DNA of 64,000 bases from Planctomycetota bacterium (GCA_016713175.1 JADJPQ010000009.1:249652-313651), one strand, 5' to 3'; counted from the first letter of the stretch, positions 1 through 9,946 are shown. Notes: generated by a model from the sequence alone, not told the origin. Made by a program: numbers and translations.

Positions 1-1
1 G

Positions 2-178
2 TGGGACACCGCGATCAACAAGATCATGTTTCTGGGGTCGTTCCTGTTCCTGTCGCTGCTGTTCGCGTTCACGTTGGCTGATCAGGCGACGCGCTCCTGG
101 GACGGTCCGATCTCGGTGCAGAGAGCCCCGGTCGCTGAGCAGTGGCATCACCCGGCGCTGGCCGACAAGAAGCCCTAG
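2..178 (+). CDS. 3' end of a membrane protein, probably cytochrome c oxidase subunit IV (COX4_pro/CoxD) family (partial)
   Basis: Frame 2 reads WDTAINKIMFLGSFLFLSLLFAFTLAD...KKP* (stop 176-178); hydrophobic helix resembles the C-terminus of prokaryotic COX IV. Confidence 0.5.
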   Translation, partial: WDTAINKIMFLGSFLFLSLLFAFTLADQATRSWDGPISVQRAPVAEQWHHPALADKKP

Positions 179-3042
179 TCCTGGACGCCGCCTACCTCCA
201 CGCCCGCCAGCCCGCGGACGCTCGGATCGCCCTGTGGTGCGATCCCGATCGCCAGGCTTTGCTCGCCGCGCTGCCTCCGGAACTGGCCGCGCGGTCGGAG
301 CCATTGGACCTGCAGATCCTGTTGGGTAGTGAAGAGTCGTCGCTGCGGCCGGTCCATGCGGCGCGCGAAGACGACGACGACGAACGCAGCCAGGCACGGA
401 TCGCACCCGCACTGTGGACGATCCCGGCCACCGGCCTCCACCTCGTCGATGCGATCGCGTGGCTCTGCAGCCTCGACCCCGCTGCAGCCTCCCCGAGCCT
501 ACGCGTGCTGATCGGCGCCGCCCGACTCGCGCGCGCGTTGGTCAACCGTGGCGACTTCGGCCCGGCGCCGCAACCCGGAGTGCTCCGCTGGGCAGCGCAC
601 TGGCAGACCGACACGCAATGGGCGCTCGCTGCCCTTGCCGAGATCATGCCGGGCTCGCTGACGACCGCTCGTAACGCCGTCCCCGACGATCCGGTCTATT
701 CGGTCACACCGCGCAATCTGCTGGTCAGTCTGATCGGGCACGCCGTCGACCAGCTCGCCGCGACCGCCAGCACCCAGCCGGGTCGCTTCCCGAAGGCCGA
801 GCGGCTGCCGAAGGAGTTCTGGCAGACCCAGATGTCGCCGGTCCTCGAGATCCTGGTGCCCGAACGGCCGCTCGAAGAAGGCGTGCCGTGGGCGCTGCAG
901 ATTCTGGTCCGCCCGATCCCGACGATCCCGCTGACCGAGACCGCCGAGTCCCTGCACCAGCGCATCGCCAGCTGTCCGTTCCCGAGCGAGCTGGCGCGTG
1001 AGTCCCTGCAGCGCGTCGAACTGACCATCGAACGGATGGCCGAGAAACTGCCGCCACTGCGTCGCGCCAAGAACATGAGCGACGGCAAGGCGAGCCTGAC
1101 CCGGCAGGAGCTCGACCAGATCCTCGACCACCTGCCGATGCTCGAATCCGAGGGTTTCGAGCTGTTGCTGCCGGGCGTCGAGTCGATGCAACGGCTGACG
1201 GCCCGGGTGACCCTGTCGGAGGTCAAGGGCCAAGGCGACACGCCGCGGCCGTGGTTCGAGTTCAAGTGGAGCCTGGCCATCGGCGATGTCGAGCTCAGCA
1301 CCACCGAATTCAACCAGCTCGTCGATGCGCGCACGCCGCTAGTGTTCCTCGACCGCCGCCCGGTGCTGTTGTCGCCCAAGGACCGGGAAGCGCTGCAGGA
1401 GTTCAAGAAGCGCCTGAAGGAAGGCGGCGAACGGATCAGCTTCTTCGAGGCTCTCCGCCTGCGGCTCGGCGGCGCCTCGCACCTGCACGGCCTGGCGATG
1501 GAGACGATCGCCAGCACACCTCGCCTGGAAGCGCTGCTGCAGAACCTCGAACGCGCCCGCGGCGTCGAGAACCGCGAACTGCCGCCGACGTTCGTCGGCG
1601 AGCTGCGCCCGTATCAACAGCGCGGCCACGCCTGGATGTACTACCTGGTCGACCAGGGCTTTGGCGCCTGCCTCGCCGACGACATGGGTCTGGGCAAGAC
1701 CGTCCAGGCGATCGCCGTGATGCTCGACTGGCGGCGCAAGGAAGGCCGCACCGGCGCGCTGCTGATCGTCTGCCCGGTCTCCGTCCTCGGCAACTGGCGG
1801 CGCGAGATCAACCGCTTCGCGCCCGAACTGCGCGTCGTGCTGCACCACGGCAAGACCCGCGCCGAGACCACCGAGGACTTCCACAAGACCCTCGCCAACT
1901 CCGACATCGTGCTGACCAGCTACAACCTGCTGCAGCGCGACGAGGAGATGATGACCTCGGTGACCTTCGAGGGCGTGTTGCTCGACGAAGCGCAGAACAT
2001 CAAGAACCCGACCACCAAGCAGTCCAAGGTCGCCCGCACGCTCAAGGGCAACTTCCGGATGACGCTGACCGGCACGCCGCTCGAGAACCGGCCGCTCGAC
2101 CTGTGGTCGATCATGGACTTCCTCAACGAAGGCCTGCTCGGCTCGCGCACGCAGTTCCTGCAGACGCTCGAACACCCGATCGTCAAGCAGCGCAAGGCCA
2201 GTTCGATGTCGGCCTTGGCGCGCCTGGTGCGGCCGTTCGTGTTGCGCCGCCTGAAGACCGATCCGGAGATCGTCGCCGACCTGCCGGAGAAGACCGAACA
2301 GATCGTCGCCGCGACAATCAGCCGCGAACAGGCGATCCTCTACGAGTCCGTGGTCCGCAAGGGTCTGCAGGAGGTCGAGAAGGCCGCTGAGGGCATCCAG
2401 CGCCGTGGCGCGATCCTGACGACGTTGCTCCGCCTGAAGCAGGTCTGCAACCACCCCGCGCACTACCTGATGGACGGCAGCGCGTTGCACGCGCGCTCGG
2501 GCAAGCTGGATCTGTTGTCCGAGATGCTCGAGGAGGCGATCGAGGAGGGCGACCGCTGCCTGGTGTTCACGCAGTTCAAGGAGATGGGGTCGTTGCTGAA
2601 GACCCACATCGAGGACTCGCTGAAGCAGTCGGTGTTGTTCCTGCACGGCGGTGTCGCGCAGAAGGACCGCGACGACATGGTCGCCAACTTCCAGGAGTCG
2701 CGGCCCGACGGTCCGAAGGTGTTCGTGTTGTCGCTGAAGGCCGGCGGCACCGGCCTGAACCTGACCGCCGCCAATCGCGTGTTCCACTACGACCGGTGGT
2801 GGAATCCGGCCGTCGAGGATCAGGCCACCGACCGCGCGTTCCGCATCGGTCAGCTGCGCAACGTCTTCGTGCACAAGTTCGTCTGCACCGGCACGCTCGA
2901 GGAACGCATCCAGCAGATGCTCGAACGCAAACGCGAGGTCGCTGACAACCTGCTCGCCGCCGGCGAGAACTGGATCACCGAGCTCAGCAACGACGAACTG
3001 AAGCGGCTGCTGACGCTCGATCGCAAGGAGGCACTGGCGTGA
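142..3042 (+). CDS. SNF2/SWI2-family helicase-like ATPase
   Basis: Motifs LADDMGLGKT, LDEAQNIKN, LTGTPLEN, LRRLK, LLRLKQVCNHP, SLKAGGTGLNL, DRWWNPAVEDQATDRAFRIGQ; start uncertain (overlaps upstream gene). Confidence 0.95.
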   Translation: MASPGAGRQEALVLDAAYLHARQPADARIALWCDPDRQALLAALPPELAARSEPLDLQILLGSEESSLRPVHAAREDDDDERSQARIAPALWTIPATGLHLVDAIAWLCSLDPAAASPSLRVLIGAARLARALVNRGDFGPAPQPGVLRWAAHWQTDTQWALAALAEIMPGSLTTARNAVPDDPVYSVTPRNLLVSLIGHAVDQLAATASTQPGRFPKAERLPKEFWQTQMSPVLEILVPERPLEEGVPWALQILVRPIPTIPLTETAESLHQRIASCPFPSELARESLQRVELTIERMAEKLPPLRRAKNMSDGKASLTRQELDQILDHLPMLESEGFELLLPGVESMQRLTARVTLSEVKGQGDTPRPWFEFKWSLAIGDVELSTTEFNQLVDARTPLVFLDRRPVLLSPKDREALQEFKKRLKEGGERISFFEALRLRLGGASHLHGLAMETIASTPRLEALLQNLERARGVENRELPPTFVGELRPYQQRGHAWMYYLVDQGFGACLADDMGLGKTVQAIAVMLDWRRKEGRTGALLIVCPVSVLGNWRREINRFAPELRVVLHHGKTRAETTEDFHKTLANSDIVLTSYNLLQRDEEMMTSVTFEGVLLDEAQNIKNPTTKQSKVARTLKGNFRMTLTGTPLENRPLDLWSIMDFLNEGLLGSRTQFLQTLEHPIVKQRKASSMSALARLVRPFVLRRLKTDPEIVADLPEKTEQIVAATISREQAILYESVVRKGLQEVEKAAEGIQRRGAILTTLLRLKQVCNHPAHYLMDGSALHARSGKLDLLSEMLEEAIEEGDRCLVFTQFKEMGSLLKTHIEDSLKQSVLFLHGGVAQKDRDDMVANFQESRPDGPKVFVLSLKAGGTGLNLTAANRVFHYDRWWNPAVEDQATDRAFRIGQLRNVFVHKFVCTGTLEERIQQMLERKREVADNLLAAGENWITELSNDELKRLLTLDRKEALA

Positions 3043-3752
3043 ACGAACGCAAAGCCGTGTCCCTGGGCGAACGTTGGCGCCGCGAAGCGACGCGCGGGAT
3101 CGACGACAAGCGCTTTGCCGCGGCTCTGGAAGCGCTACCAGCGATCCGCAAGCCGATGGTCCGCATCCGCCCCGGTGGCATCCGCGCCGAGATGGAGGGC
3201 GCGATGGGCAGCATCCACGAGGTGGCGCTGCACATCCGGACGTTGCCCAACAAGGACCTGCCGACCGTCATCCGTGTGCTCCGCCGCAGCCGGTCGATCG
3301 TCGACGCGCTCGAGAACGGCCGGGTGACGCGATCGTTCGATCGCCTGGTCGCCCGCATCGTCGGCGAACCGTTGTTCCCGGACTCCCGCCGGGTCACCTT
3401 CGGGTGCTCGTGCGATCTGCCGGACAAGCCGTGCCGGCACGTGCTGGCACTGCACGAACTGTTTGCCCGGCGCCTCGATGAGAAGCCGTGGGAACTGCTG
3501 ACGCTGCGCGGTCTCGATCTGCACGACCTGCTGGCCAAGGTGAAGCAGTCGGCGCCGGATCCGGACCAGCCACCGCTCGCCTTCGGCGCACCGGAAGAGC
3601 CCGTCCTCTACCCGGAAGCCGAGGACGCTGACCTGGAGTCGCCGATGACGCCAGCGCAGGTCCGCTGGCTGCTCGGCACCGTGCCGCAACGGTTCGTCGA
3701 TGCGGCATTTGCGGCGCTGCAGCGTCTGGAGTCGCCGCCACCGGCCAAGTAG
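3039..3752 (+). CDS. SWIM zinc-finger protein
   Basis: CSCDLPDKPCRH (CxC-xn-CxH) motif; GTGA overlap with the SNF2 stop; SNF2-SWIM gene pairs are well known. Confidence 0.88.
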   Translation: MNERKAVSLGERWRREATRGIDDKRFAAALEALPAIRKPMVRIRPGGIRAEMEGAMGSIHEVALHIRTLPNKDLPTVIRVLRRSRSIVDALENGRVTRSFDRLVARIVGEPLFPDSRRVTFGCSCDLPDKPCRHVLALHELFARRLDEKPWELLTLRGLDLHDLLAKVKQSAPDPDQPPLAFGAPEEPVLYPEAEDADLESPMTPAQVRWLLGTVPQRFVDAAFAALQRLESPPPAK

Positions 3753-3775
3753 CGTCTTTCGCCACATTCTCGCTC

Positions 3776-3832
3776 AAGGGTGCAGCTCCGGCATGGGCGC
3801 TGCAGGTTTCCGGATGGTCGGGCCGCCATCCG
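3776..3832 (+). promoter_or_regulatory. Riboswitch candidate, nhaA-I-like (Li+/Na+) motif
   Basis: GGGTG leader; P1 TGCAGC(3781-3786)/GCTGCA(3799-3804); AGGTTT linker; P2 CGGATGG(3811-3817)/CCATCCG(3826-3832) with loop TCGGGCCG; directly 5' of RBS GGAGG (3838-3842) of a cation/H+ antiporter. Match to nhaA-I is from memory. Confidence 0.62.
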
Positions 3833-3847
3833 AACCCGGAGGCTCTC

Positions 3848-5254
3848 TTGATCGGTCTCGACCCCTCGACCGTGACGGCAACCGTCACTGCCGGCGAACT
3901 GCAGCGCTTGGACTTCACCGCGAGCGGCCTCGGCCTGGCCGCCCTGGCGATCTTCGTGTTCGCCTATTTGCTCGTCGTGCTCGAGGAACGGCTGCATCTG
4001 CGGAAGAGCAAGCCCGTGGTCATCGCCGCCGGGGTGCTGTGGATCCTGGTCGCGATCGCCTACGCCGGGCACCCGGACGCCGCGTCGATGCCGCACAACC
4101 ATCTCGAGCAACGCGTGCTGCACTACGCCGGCGAGTACGGCGCGCTGTTCCTGTTCCTGATGGTGGCGATGACCTACATCTCGACCATCGCCGCCCACAA
4201 CGTGTTCTTGTGGCTGAACGGCTGGCTGGTGTCGCGCGGCTTCTCGCTGCGCGCGGTCTACTGGGCGACCGGCACGCTGGCGTTCTGCATCTCACCCGTC
4301 GCCGACAACCTGACGACCGCGCTGTTGATGGGCGCGGTCGCGATCGCGGTCGGCCATGGCAATGTCAAGTTCCTGGCGGCAGCGTGCACCAACATCGTGA
4401 TCGCGGCCAACGCCGGTGGCGCGTTCTCGCCGTTCGGCGACATCACGACGCTGATGGTCTGGCAGGCCGGCAAGGTGCACACGATGGAGTTCTTCAAGCT
4501 CCTGGTGCCGTCGTTGGTCAATTGGCTGGTGCCGGCGGTGATCATGCACTTCACGGTTCCGCAGGGCCGACCCGCAGCCCGGCAGCAGAGCGTTCCTCTC
4601 GAGCCTGGGTGGTGGGTGGTGATCGTGTTGTTCCTGGCGACGATCGTCACTGCCGTGACGTTCCACGCCGCGCTCCATCTGCCGCCGTTCCTGGGGATGA
4701 CCACCGGGCTTGGCTACTTCTTCCTCTACGGCTGGTTTCGCCATCTGCAGCACAAGCGCAACCTGACCGACCGGCCCTTCGATGCGTTCAAGGCCGTGGC
4801 CGAGGTCGAGTGGGACACGATGCTGTTCTTTTTCGGTGTGATCCTGTGTGTCGGCGCCCTGCAGGAGCTGATGTTCCTGCACAAGGCCAATGCCTGGCTC
4901 TATGACCCTGTCGCGGGCCTCGGCGCAACCTGGGCCAACATCGGTATCGGTCTTCTCAGCGCCCTGATCGACAACGTGCCGGTCATGTTTGCGGTCCTGG
5001 GCATGAGCCCGACCATGGATCCGCTGGCCCCGGGTCTTCTGCACACCCCCATGGCGGACTACCAGTGGTTGCTGGTGACCCTGACCGCCGGTGTCGGAGG
5101 CTCCCTGTTGTCGGTCGGTTCGGCCGCCGGCGTGGCGCTGATGGGCTCGGCTCACGGCATATACACCTTTGGCCGTCACCTCCGATTCCTGCCCGCCATC
5201 GCGCTCGGCTACGCTGCTTCGATTGCCACGCACTGGTGGATGAACGCGCCCTGA
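3848..5254 (+). CDS. nhaD: Na+/H+ antiporter, NhaD family (copy 1)
   Basis: Multi-TM; KSKPV, SPVADNLTTALL, ANAGGAFSPFGDITTLMVW, DNVP, GGSLLSVGSAAGVALMG; TTG start with GGAGG RBS. Confidence 0.92.
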   Translation: MIGLDPSTVTATVTAGELQRLDFTASGLGLAALAIFVFAYLLVVLEERLHLRKSKPVVIAAGVLWILVAIAYAGHPDAASMPHNHLEQRVLHYAGEYGALFLFLMVAMTYISTIAAHNVFLWLNGWLVSRGFSLRAVYWATGTLAFCISPVADNLTTALLMGAVAIAVGHGNVKFLAAACTNIVIAANAGGAFSPFGDITTLMVWQAGKVHTMEFFKLLVPSLVNWLVPAVIMHFTVPQGRPAARQQSVPLEPGWWVVIVLFLATIVTAVTFHAALHLPPFLGMTTGLGYFFLYGWFRHLQHKRNLTDRPFDAFKAVAEVEWDTMLFFFGVILCVGALQELMFLHKANAWLYDPVAGLGATWANIGIGLLSALIDNVPVMFAVLGMSPTMDPLAPGLLHTPMADYQWLLVTLTAGVGGSLLSVGSAAGVALMGSAHGIYTFGRHLRFLPAIALGYAASIATHWWMNAP

Positions 5255-5331
5255 TCCGGTGAAAATTCGACCGCGGCCCAGGTCCGCGGCACGGAATGTG
5301 AACAGTGGCTGATGAACGTTCGTAACGGCGC

Positions 5332-6801
5332 GTGTCGATCCTGGACTGCGCGGCTCCGGCGCCGGATCCTTCCGCGACCCCTCTCCGGTCCGGCGCTCCC
5401 AGCCAGACCCTGTTCAGCCCTTCCGGTCGCGTGCTCAACTCCCTGGTCGACGGTGCCCAGTTCGACCTGACCAACACGCCGCTCGGCATCGCCGCGCTGA
5501 TCGTGTTCGTCGGGGCCTATTTGTTGGTCGTGCTCGAAGAGCGCATCAAGCTCCGGAAGTCGAAGCCGGTGCTGCTCGGGGCCGCGATCCTGTGGATCCT
5601 GACCTCGATCGGCCTGCAGCAGCAGCCGAACGTCACCGGCGAACTGATCGAACAGAGGGTCAGCCACTACATCGCCGAGTACGGCGCACTGTTCCTCTTC
5701 CTGATGGTGGCGATGACCTACATCTCCGCCATCGCTGCGCACAATGTGTTCTTGAAGCTGAACGCGTGGCTGGTGGCCTCCGGCTATGGCTACCGCGCGG
5801 TGTTCTGGGCCACGGGCATCCTGGCGTTCTGGATCTCGCCGGTCGCCGACAACATGACCACTGCACTGCTGATGGGTGCGGTCGTCGTCGCCGTCGGCAA
5901 GGGCGACATGCGCTTCATCGCGCCGAGCTGCTGCAGCATCGTGATCGCCGCGAATGCCGGCGGCGCGTTCTCGCCGTTCGGTGACATCACGACCCTGATG
6001 GTGTGGGCCGAGGACAAGGTGCACACGGCCGAGTTCCTCAAACTGCTGCCGGCGTGCATCGTCAACTGGCTGGTGCCGGCCGCGATCATGCACTTCTGGA
6101 TCCCTGACGAGAAACCCAAGCCACTGCAACATGAAGTCCAGCTGAAGAAGGGCTGGGCCGTCGTCATCGGCCTGTTCCTGGCGACGATCGTCACCGCCGT
6201 GCTCTTCCACATGTACCTGCACCTGCCGCCGGCGCTCGGCATGACGATGGGGCTGGGCTACTACTTCATCTACGGCTGGCTGAGCATCCGCGCCTACCAC
6301 AAGAAGCGCATTGCCGAACCGCTCGACGTGTTCAAGAACGTTGCCGAGGTCGAGTGGGACACGATGTTGTTCTTCTTCGGCGTGATCTTGTGTGTCGGTG
6401 CGCTGCGCGAACTGGGCTTCCTGGCGCTCGCCAGCCATGCGCTCTACGACCCGGTGTCAGGCGTGGGCGCGACCTGGGCCAACATCGGGATGGGGGTGCT
6501 ATCGGCGGTGGTCGACAACGTGCCGCTGATGTTCGCGGTGCTCAGCATGAATCCGCCGATGGACCCGGCGATGCCAGCGGACGTCACGCACACAGCGACC
6601 TCGGTCTACCAGTGGCTGCTGATCACGCTGACCTGCGGCACCGGCGGCTCCTTGCTATCGGTCGGATCGGCCGCGGGTGTTGCCTTGATGGGCAGTGCCC
6701 ACGGAATGTACACGTTCGTCAGCCACTTGAAGTGGCTGCCGGCGATCGCTGCCGGGTATGCCGCCAGCATCCTGGTGCACTGGCTGCTGAATGCGGCATA
6801 A
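5332..6801 (+). CDS. nhaD: Na+/H+ antiporter, NhaD family (copy 2)
   Basis: Same motif set (SPVADNMTTALL, ANAGGAFSPFGDITTLMVW, VDNVP, GGSLLSVGSAAG); start uncertain. Confidence 0.92.
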   Translation: MSILDCAAPAPDPSATPLRSGAPSQTLFSPSGRVLNSLVDGAQFDLTNTPLGIAALIVFVGAYLLVVLEERIKLRKSKPVLLGAAILWILTSIGLQQQPNVTGELIEQRVSHYIAEYGALFLFLMVAMTYISAIAAHNVFLKLNAWLVASGYGYRAVFWATGILAFWISPVADNMTTALLMGAVVVAVGKGDMRFIAPSCCSIVIAANAGGAFSPFGDITTLMVWAEDKVHTAEFLKLLPACIVNWLVPAAIMHFWIPDEKPKPLQHEVQLKKGWAVVIGLFLATIVTAVLFHMYLHLPPALGMTMGLGYYFIYGWLSIRAYHKKRIAEPLDVFKNVAEVEWDTMLFFFGVILCVGALRELGFLALASHALYDPVSGVGATWANIGMGVLSAVVDNVPLMFAVLSMNPPMDPAMPADVTHTATSVYQWLLITLTCGTGGSLLSVGSAAGVALMGSAHGMYTFVSHLKWLPAIAAGYAASILVHWLLNAA

Positions 6802-6876
6802 CGCCTCACTTCGCGCCTGACTGTCGGTCGATAGGTCACCCGGCTGCGCCAACCGGCGCATCGACGAGGGAGACCA

Positions 6877-8235
6877 GTGTTCGGATTCTTCTACGACATG
6901 ATGGCGGTGGCCGGCTCGCCGCACGCGTGGTTCGCGGTGGGCGTGTTCGCCGTCGCGTATCTGCTGGTGGTGCTCGAGGACAAGATCCACCTGCGCAAGA
7001 GCAAGCCGGTGCTGGCGGCCGCGGGCGTCATCTGGGTGCTGGTCGCCTACGCCTTCCGGCACGTGCCCGACGTCGACGAGCACTACCTCGAGGACCGGCT
7101 GCTCGGACATGTCGGTGAGTACGGCGCGCTGTTCCTGTTCCTGATGGTGGCGATGGCCTACCTGTCGGCGATCAGCAAGCACAACGTGTTCCTGCGGTTG
7201 AACGCGGTGCTGATCTCCGCCGGCTTCGGCATGCGAACGCTGTACTGGACGCTCGGCGGCCTGGCGTTCTTCATCTCGCCGATCTGCGACAACATGACGA
7301 CCGCGCTGCTGATGGGATCGGTCGCGATCGCCGTCAGCCAGGGCAACAAACGCTTCGTCGCTGTTTGCTGCAGTAGCATCGTCGTCGCTGCCAACGCCGG
7401 CGGCGTGTTCTCGCCGTTCGGCGACATCACGTCGCTGATGGTCTGGCAGGCTGGCAAGGTCGACACCGGACACTTCCTGAAGCTGTTCGTGCCGAGCCTG
7501 GTGAACTGGTTGGTGCCAGCCATCGTGATGAGCTTCACCGTGCCGAAGGACAAACCGGCGCCGTTGTCGGAACGGGTGTCGCTGAAGCCTGGCTGGTGGG
7601 TCGTGTGCAGTCTGTTCCTGGCAACGATCGGCACCGCGGTGTTCTTCTACCACTCCTTGCACCTGCCGCCGTTCCTCGGCATGACGTCGGGACTGGCCTA
7701 CTACTTCGTCTACGCCTACGTCCGCAACTGGAACCACAAGCACAAGCAGCTCGGCGAACCGCTGGATGTGTTCGCCGACGTCGCCACCGTCGAGTGGGAT
7801 GCGATGCTGTTCTTCTTCGGCGTGATGATGTGTGTCGGCGGTCTGACCGAGCTCGGGGTGATGGCGAAGCTGTCGGGCTGGCTGTACTCGGACCAGGTCG
7901 GGCCGTTCTATGCCAACGTCGGCATCGGCGTCGCGTCGGCGTTGATCGACAACGTGTCGTTGATGTTCGCGGTGCTCAACATGGACCCGAACATGGGCAC
8001 CGGCGAGCGTGGTCAGTACTACTGGGAACTGCTGACCCTGACTGCTGGTACCGGCGGTTCGCTGCTGTCGATCGGCAGTGCCGCCGGCGTCAGCCTGATG
8101 GGCCTCAGCAAAGGCAGGTTCACCTTCGGCGATCACCTGCGCTGGTTCCCGGCGATCCTCGCGGGGTTCTGCGCCAGCGTGATCGTACACTGGTGGCTCA
8201 ACTCGCCACCCTCGCTGCCCGGCGGCGCGCAGTAG
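6877..8235 (+). CDS. nhaD: Na+/H+ antiporter, NhaD family (copy 3, most divergent)
   Basis: SPICDNMTTALL, ANAGGVFSPFGDITSLMVW, IDNVS, GGSLLSIGSAAG; RBS GAGGGAG before GTG. Confidence 0.9.
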   Translation: MFGFFYDMMAVAGSPHAWFAVGVFAVAYLLVVLEDKIHLRKSKPVLAAAGVIWVLVAYAFRHVPDVDEHYLEDRLLGHVGEYGALFLFLMVAMAYLSAISKHNVFLRLNAVLISAGFGMRTLYWTLGGLAFFISPICDNMTTALLMGSVAIAVSQGNKRFVAVCCSSIVVAANAGGVFSPFGDITSLMVWQAGKVDTGHFLKLFVPSLVNWLVPAIVMSFTVPKDKPAPLSERVSLKPGWWVVCSLFLATIGTAVFFYHSLHLPPFLGMTSGLAYYFVYAYVRNWNHKHKQLGEPLDVFADVATVEWDAMLFFFGVMMCVGGLTELGVMAKLSGWLYSDQVGPFYANVGIGVASALIDNVSLMFAVLNMDPNMGTGERGQYYWELLTLTAGTGGSLLSIGSAAGVSLMGLSKGRFTFGDHLRWFPAILAGFCASVIVHWWLNSPPSLPGGAQ

Positions 8236-8262
8236 CGCGGCCGCCCGCGCCGCCCTCGCGCG

Positions 8263-9660
8263 CTACTTGCCGAGTTCCTTGACTTCCTTGACCATGCCCT
8301 CGAGCGCTTCCTTGGCATCGAGGAACACCATCAGGCAGTTGTCGCGCTCGAACAGCGGGTTCTTGATGCCGGCATAGCCCGGCGCCAGCGAGCGCTTGAT
8401 GACGACGACCGTGCGCGCGTGGTCGACATCGAGGATCGGCATGCCGGCGATCGGGCCGGTGGCCTCGCGCGCGGCGGGGTTCACCACGTCATTGGCGCCG
8501 ACGATGATCACGACGTCGGTGTTCTTGAAGTCGCTGTTGATGCGATCCATCTCCCACAGCTGGTCGTACGGAACGTCCGACTCGGCGAGCAGCACGTTCA
8601 TGTGCCCGGGCATGCGTCCGGCGACCGGGTGGATCGCGTAGCGGACGTTGGCGCCGCGTTTGATCAGCAGTTCGCCGAGTTCGCGGATCGTGTGCTGCGC
8701 CTGCGCGACGGCGAGGCCATAGCCGGGCACCATGATCACCGACGCGGCGCCGTCGAGCAGCATCGCGACCTCCTCGGGCGTCGTCGACTTGATCGACTTG
8801 TAGTCCTTGGCATCCTTGGCGACCGACTCCTCGCCCATGCCGCCGAGCAGCACGTTGCCGAGCGAACGGTTCATCGCCTTGCACATGATCTGCGTCAGGA
8901 TGATGCCCGACGTGCCGACCAGGGCGCCGACGACCACCAGCATCGGGTTGCCGATCACGAAGCCCGAAGCAGAGCCGGCCATGCCGGAGTAGCTGTTGAG
9001 CAGCGACACGACGACCGGCATGTCGGCGCCGCCGATCGGCATGACCAGGAACACACCGAGAACGAGCGCCAGCACGCTCAGCAGGATCGTCGCGGTGGTC
9101 AGACCGGCCGCTGACGTCGCGATCACCTGCCAGTAGGAGCAGCCGATGATACCGACCGCGATCGCCGCATGCAGATAGTGTCGGGCCGTGCCTTTCAACG
9201 GATGGGACAGCTTCTTGCCGCCGAGTTTGAAGAACGCGATGAAGCTGCCCGTCAGCGTCACCAGGCCGATCAGGATCGTGATCGGCGTGCTGATCGCGTT
9301 GACCAGACCGGTGTCGGCCAGACACTTGTCCGCCTGGTGCATCACCGGATGCTCGAGGATCGCCGCGAGCGCGACGAACGCCGAGGCGGCGCCGCCCAGG
9401 CCGTTCAGCGCCGCAACCATCTCGGGCATCTGCGTCGTCGGGGTCTTGACCGCAACCCAGACACCGACGCCGCCGCCGACCAGCAGACCGCCGATCAACG
9501 CCCACCAACTGATGTTGCCGGTCGCCGCCAGCACCGTGACGACCGCCAGCAGCATGGCGATCTCGGAGATCTTGTTGCCGCGCTGACAGGTCTTGACGCT
9601 GGTCAGGTTCTTGATGCCGACGACGAACAGCAGCGTGGCCAGGAGATAGAGGTAGTCCAC
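8263..9660 (-). CDS. pntB: NAD(P) transhydrogenase beta subunit
   Basis: MPEMVAALNGLGG, IGGADMPVVVSLLNSYSG, VPGYGLAVAQAQ, HPVAGRMPGHMNVLLAE, GANDVVNPAA. Confidence 0.97.
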   Translation of the reverse strand: MDYLYLLATLLFVVGIKNLTSVKTCQRGNKISEIAMLLAVVTVLAATGNISWWALIGGLLVGGGVGVWVAVKTPTTQMPEMVAALNGLGGAASAFVALAAILEHPVMHQADKCLADTGLVNAISTPITILIGLVTLTGSFIAFFKLGGKKLSHPLKGTARHYLHAAIAVGIIGCSYWQVIATSAAGLTTATILLSVLALVLGVFLVMPIGGADMPVVVSLLNSYSGMAGSASGFVIGNPMLVVVGALVGTSGIILTQIMCKAMNRSLGNVLLGGMGEESVAKDAKDYKSIKSTTPEEVAMLLDGAASVIMVPGYGLAVAQAQHTIRELGELLIKRGANVRYAIHPVAGRMPGHMNVLLAESDVPYDQLWEMDRINSDFKNTDVVIIVGANDVVNPAAREATGPIAGMPILDVDHARTVVVIKRSLAPGYAGIKNPLFERDNCLMVFLDAKEALEGMVKEVKELGK

Positions 9661-9661
9661 G

Positions 9662-9946
9662 TCACTTCCCCTTCTTCTTGAACGAGCCGAGCATGCGGTC
9701 GGTCACCATGTAGCCGCCGACGACGTTGACCGTCGCGCAGGCGATGGCGAGAAACGCCAGGATCTGGGCGAAGATGCCGCCGGAGGCCGTCGCGACGATG
9801 ATCGCGCCGACGATCGTGATCCCCGAGATCGCGTTCGATCCGGACATCAGCGGCGTGTGCAGCGTCGGCGGCACCTTGTTGATCAGCTCGAAACCGAGCA
9901 GCGAAGCGATGACGAACACGAAGATCGTCAGGAAGATCGGGTCCAT
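9662..9946 (-). CDS. pntA: NAD(P) transhydrogenase alpha subunit, part 2 (membrane)
   Basis: VPPTLHTPLMSGSNAISGI, NVVGGYMVTDRML. Confidence 0.95.
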   Translation of the reverse strand: MDPIFLTIFVFVIASLLGFELINKVPPTLHTPLMSGSNAISGITIVGAIIVATASGGIFAQILAFLAIACATVNVVGGYMVTDRMLGSFKKKGK

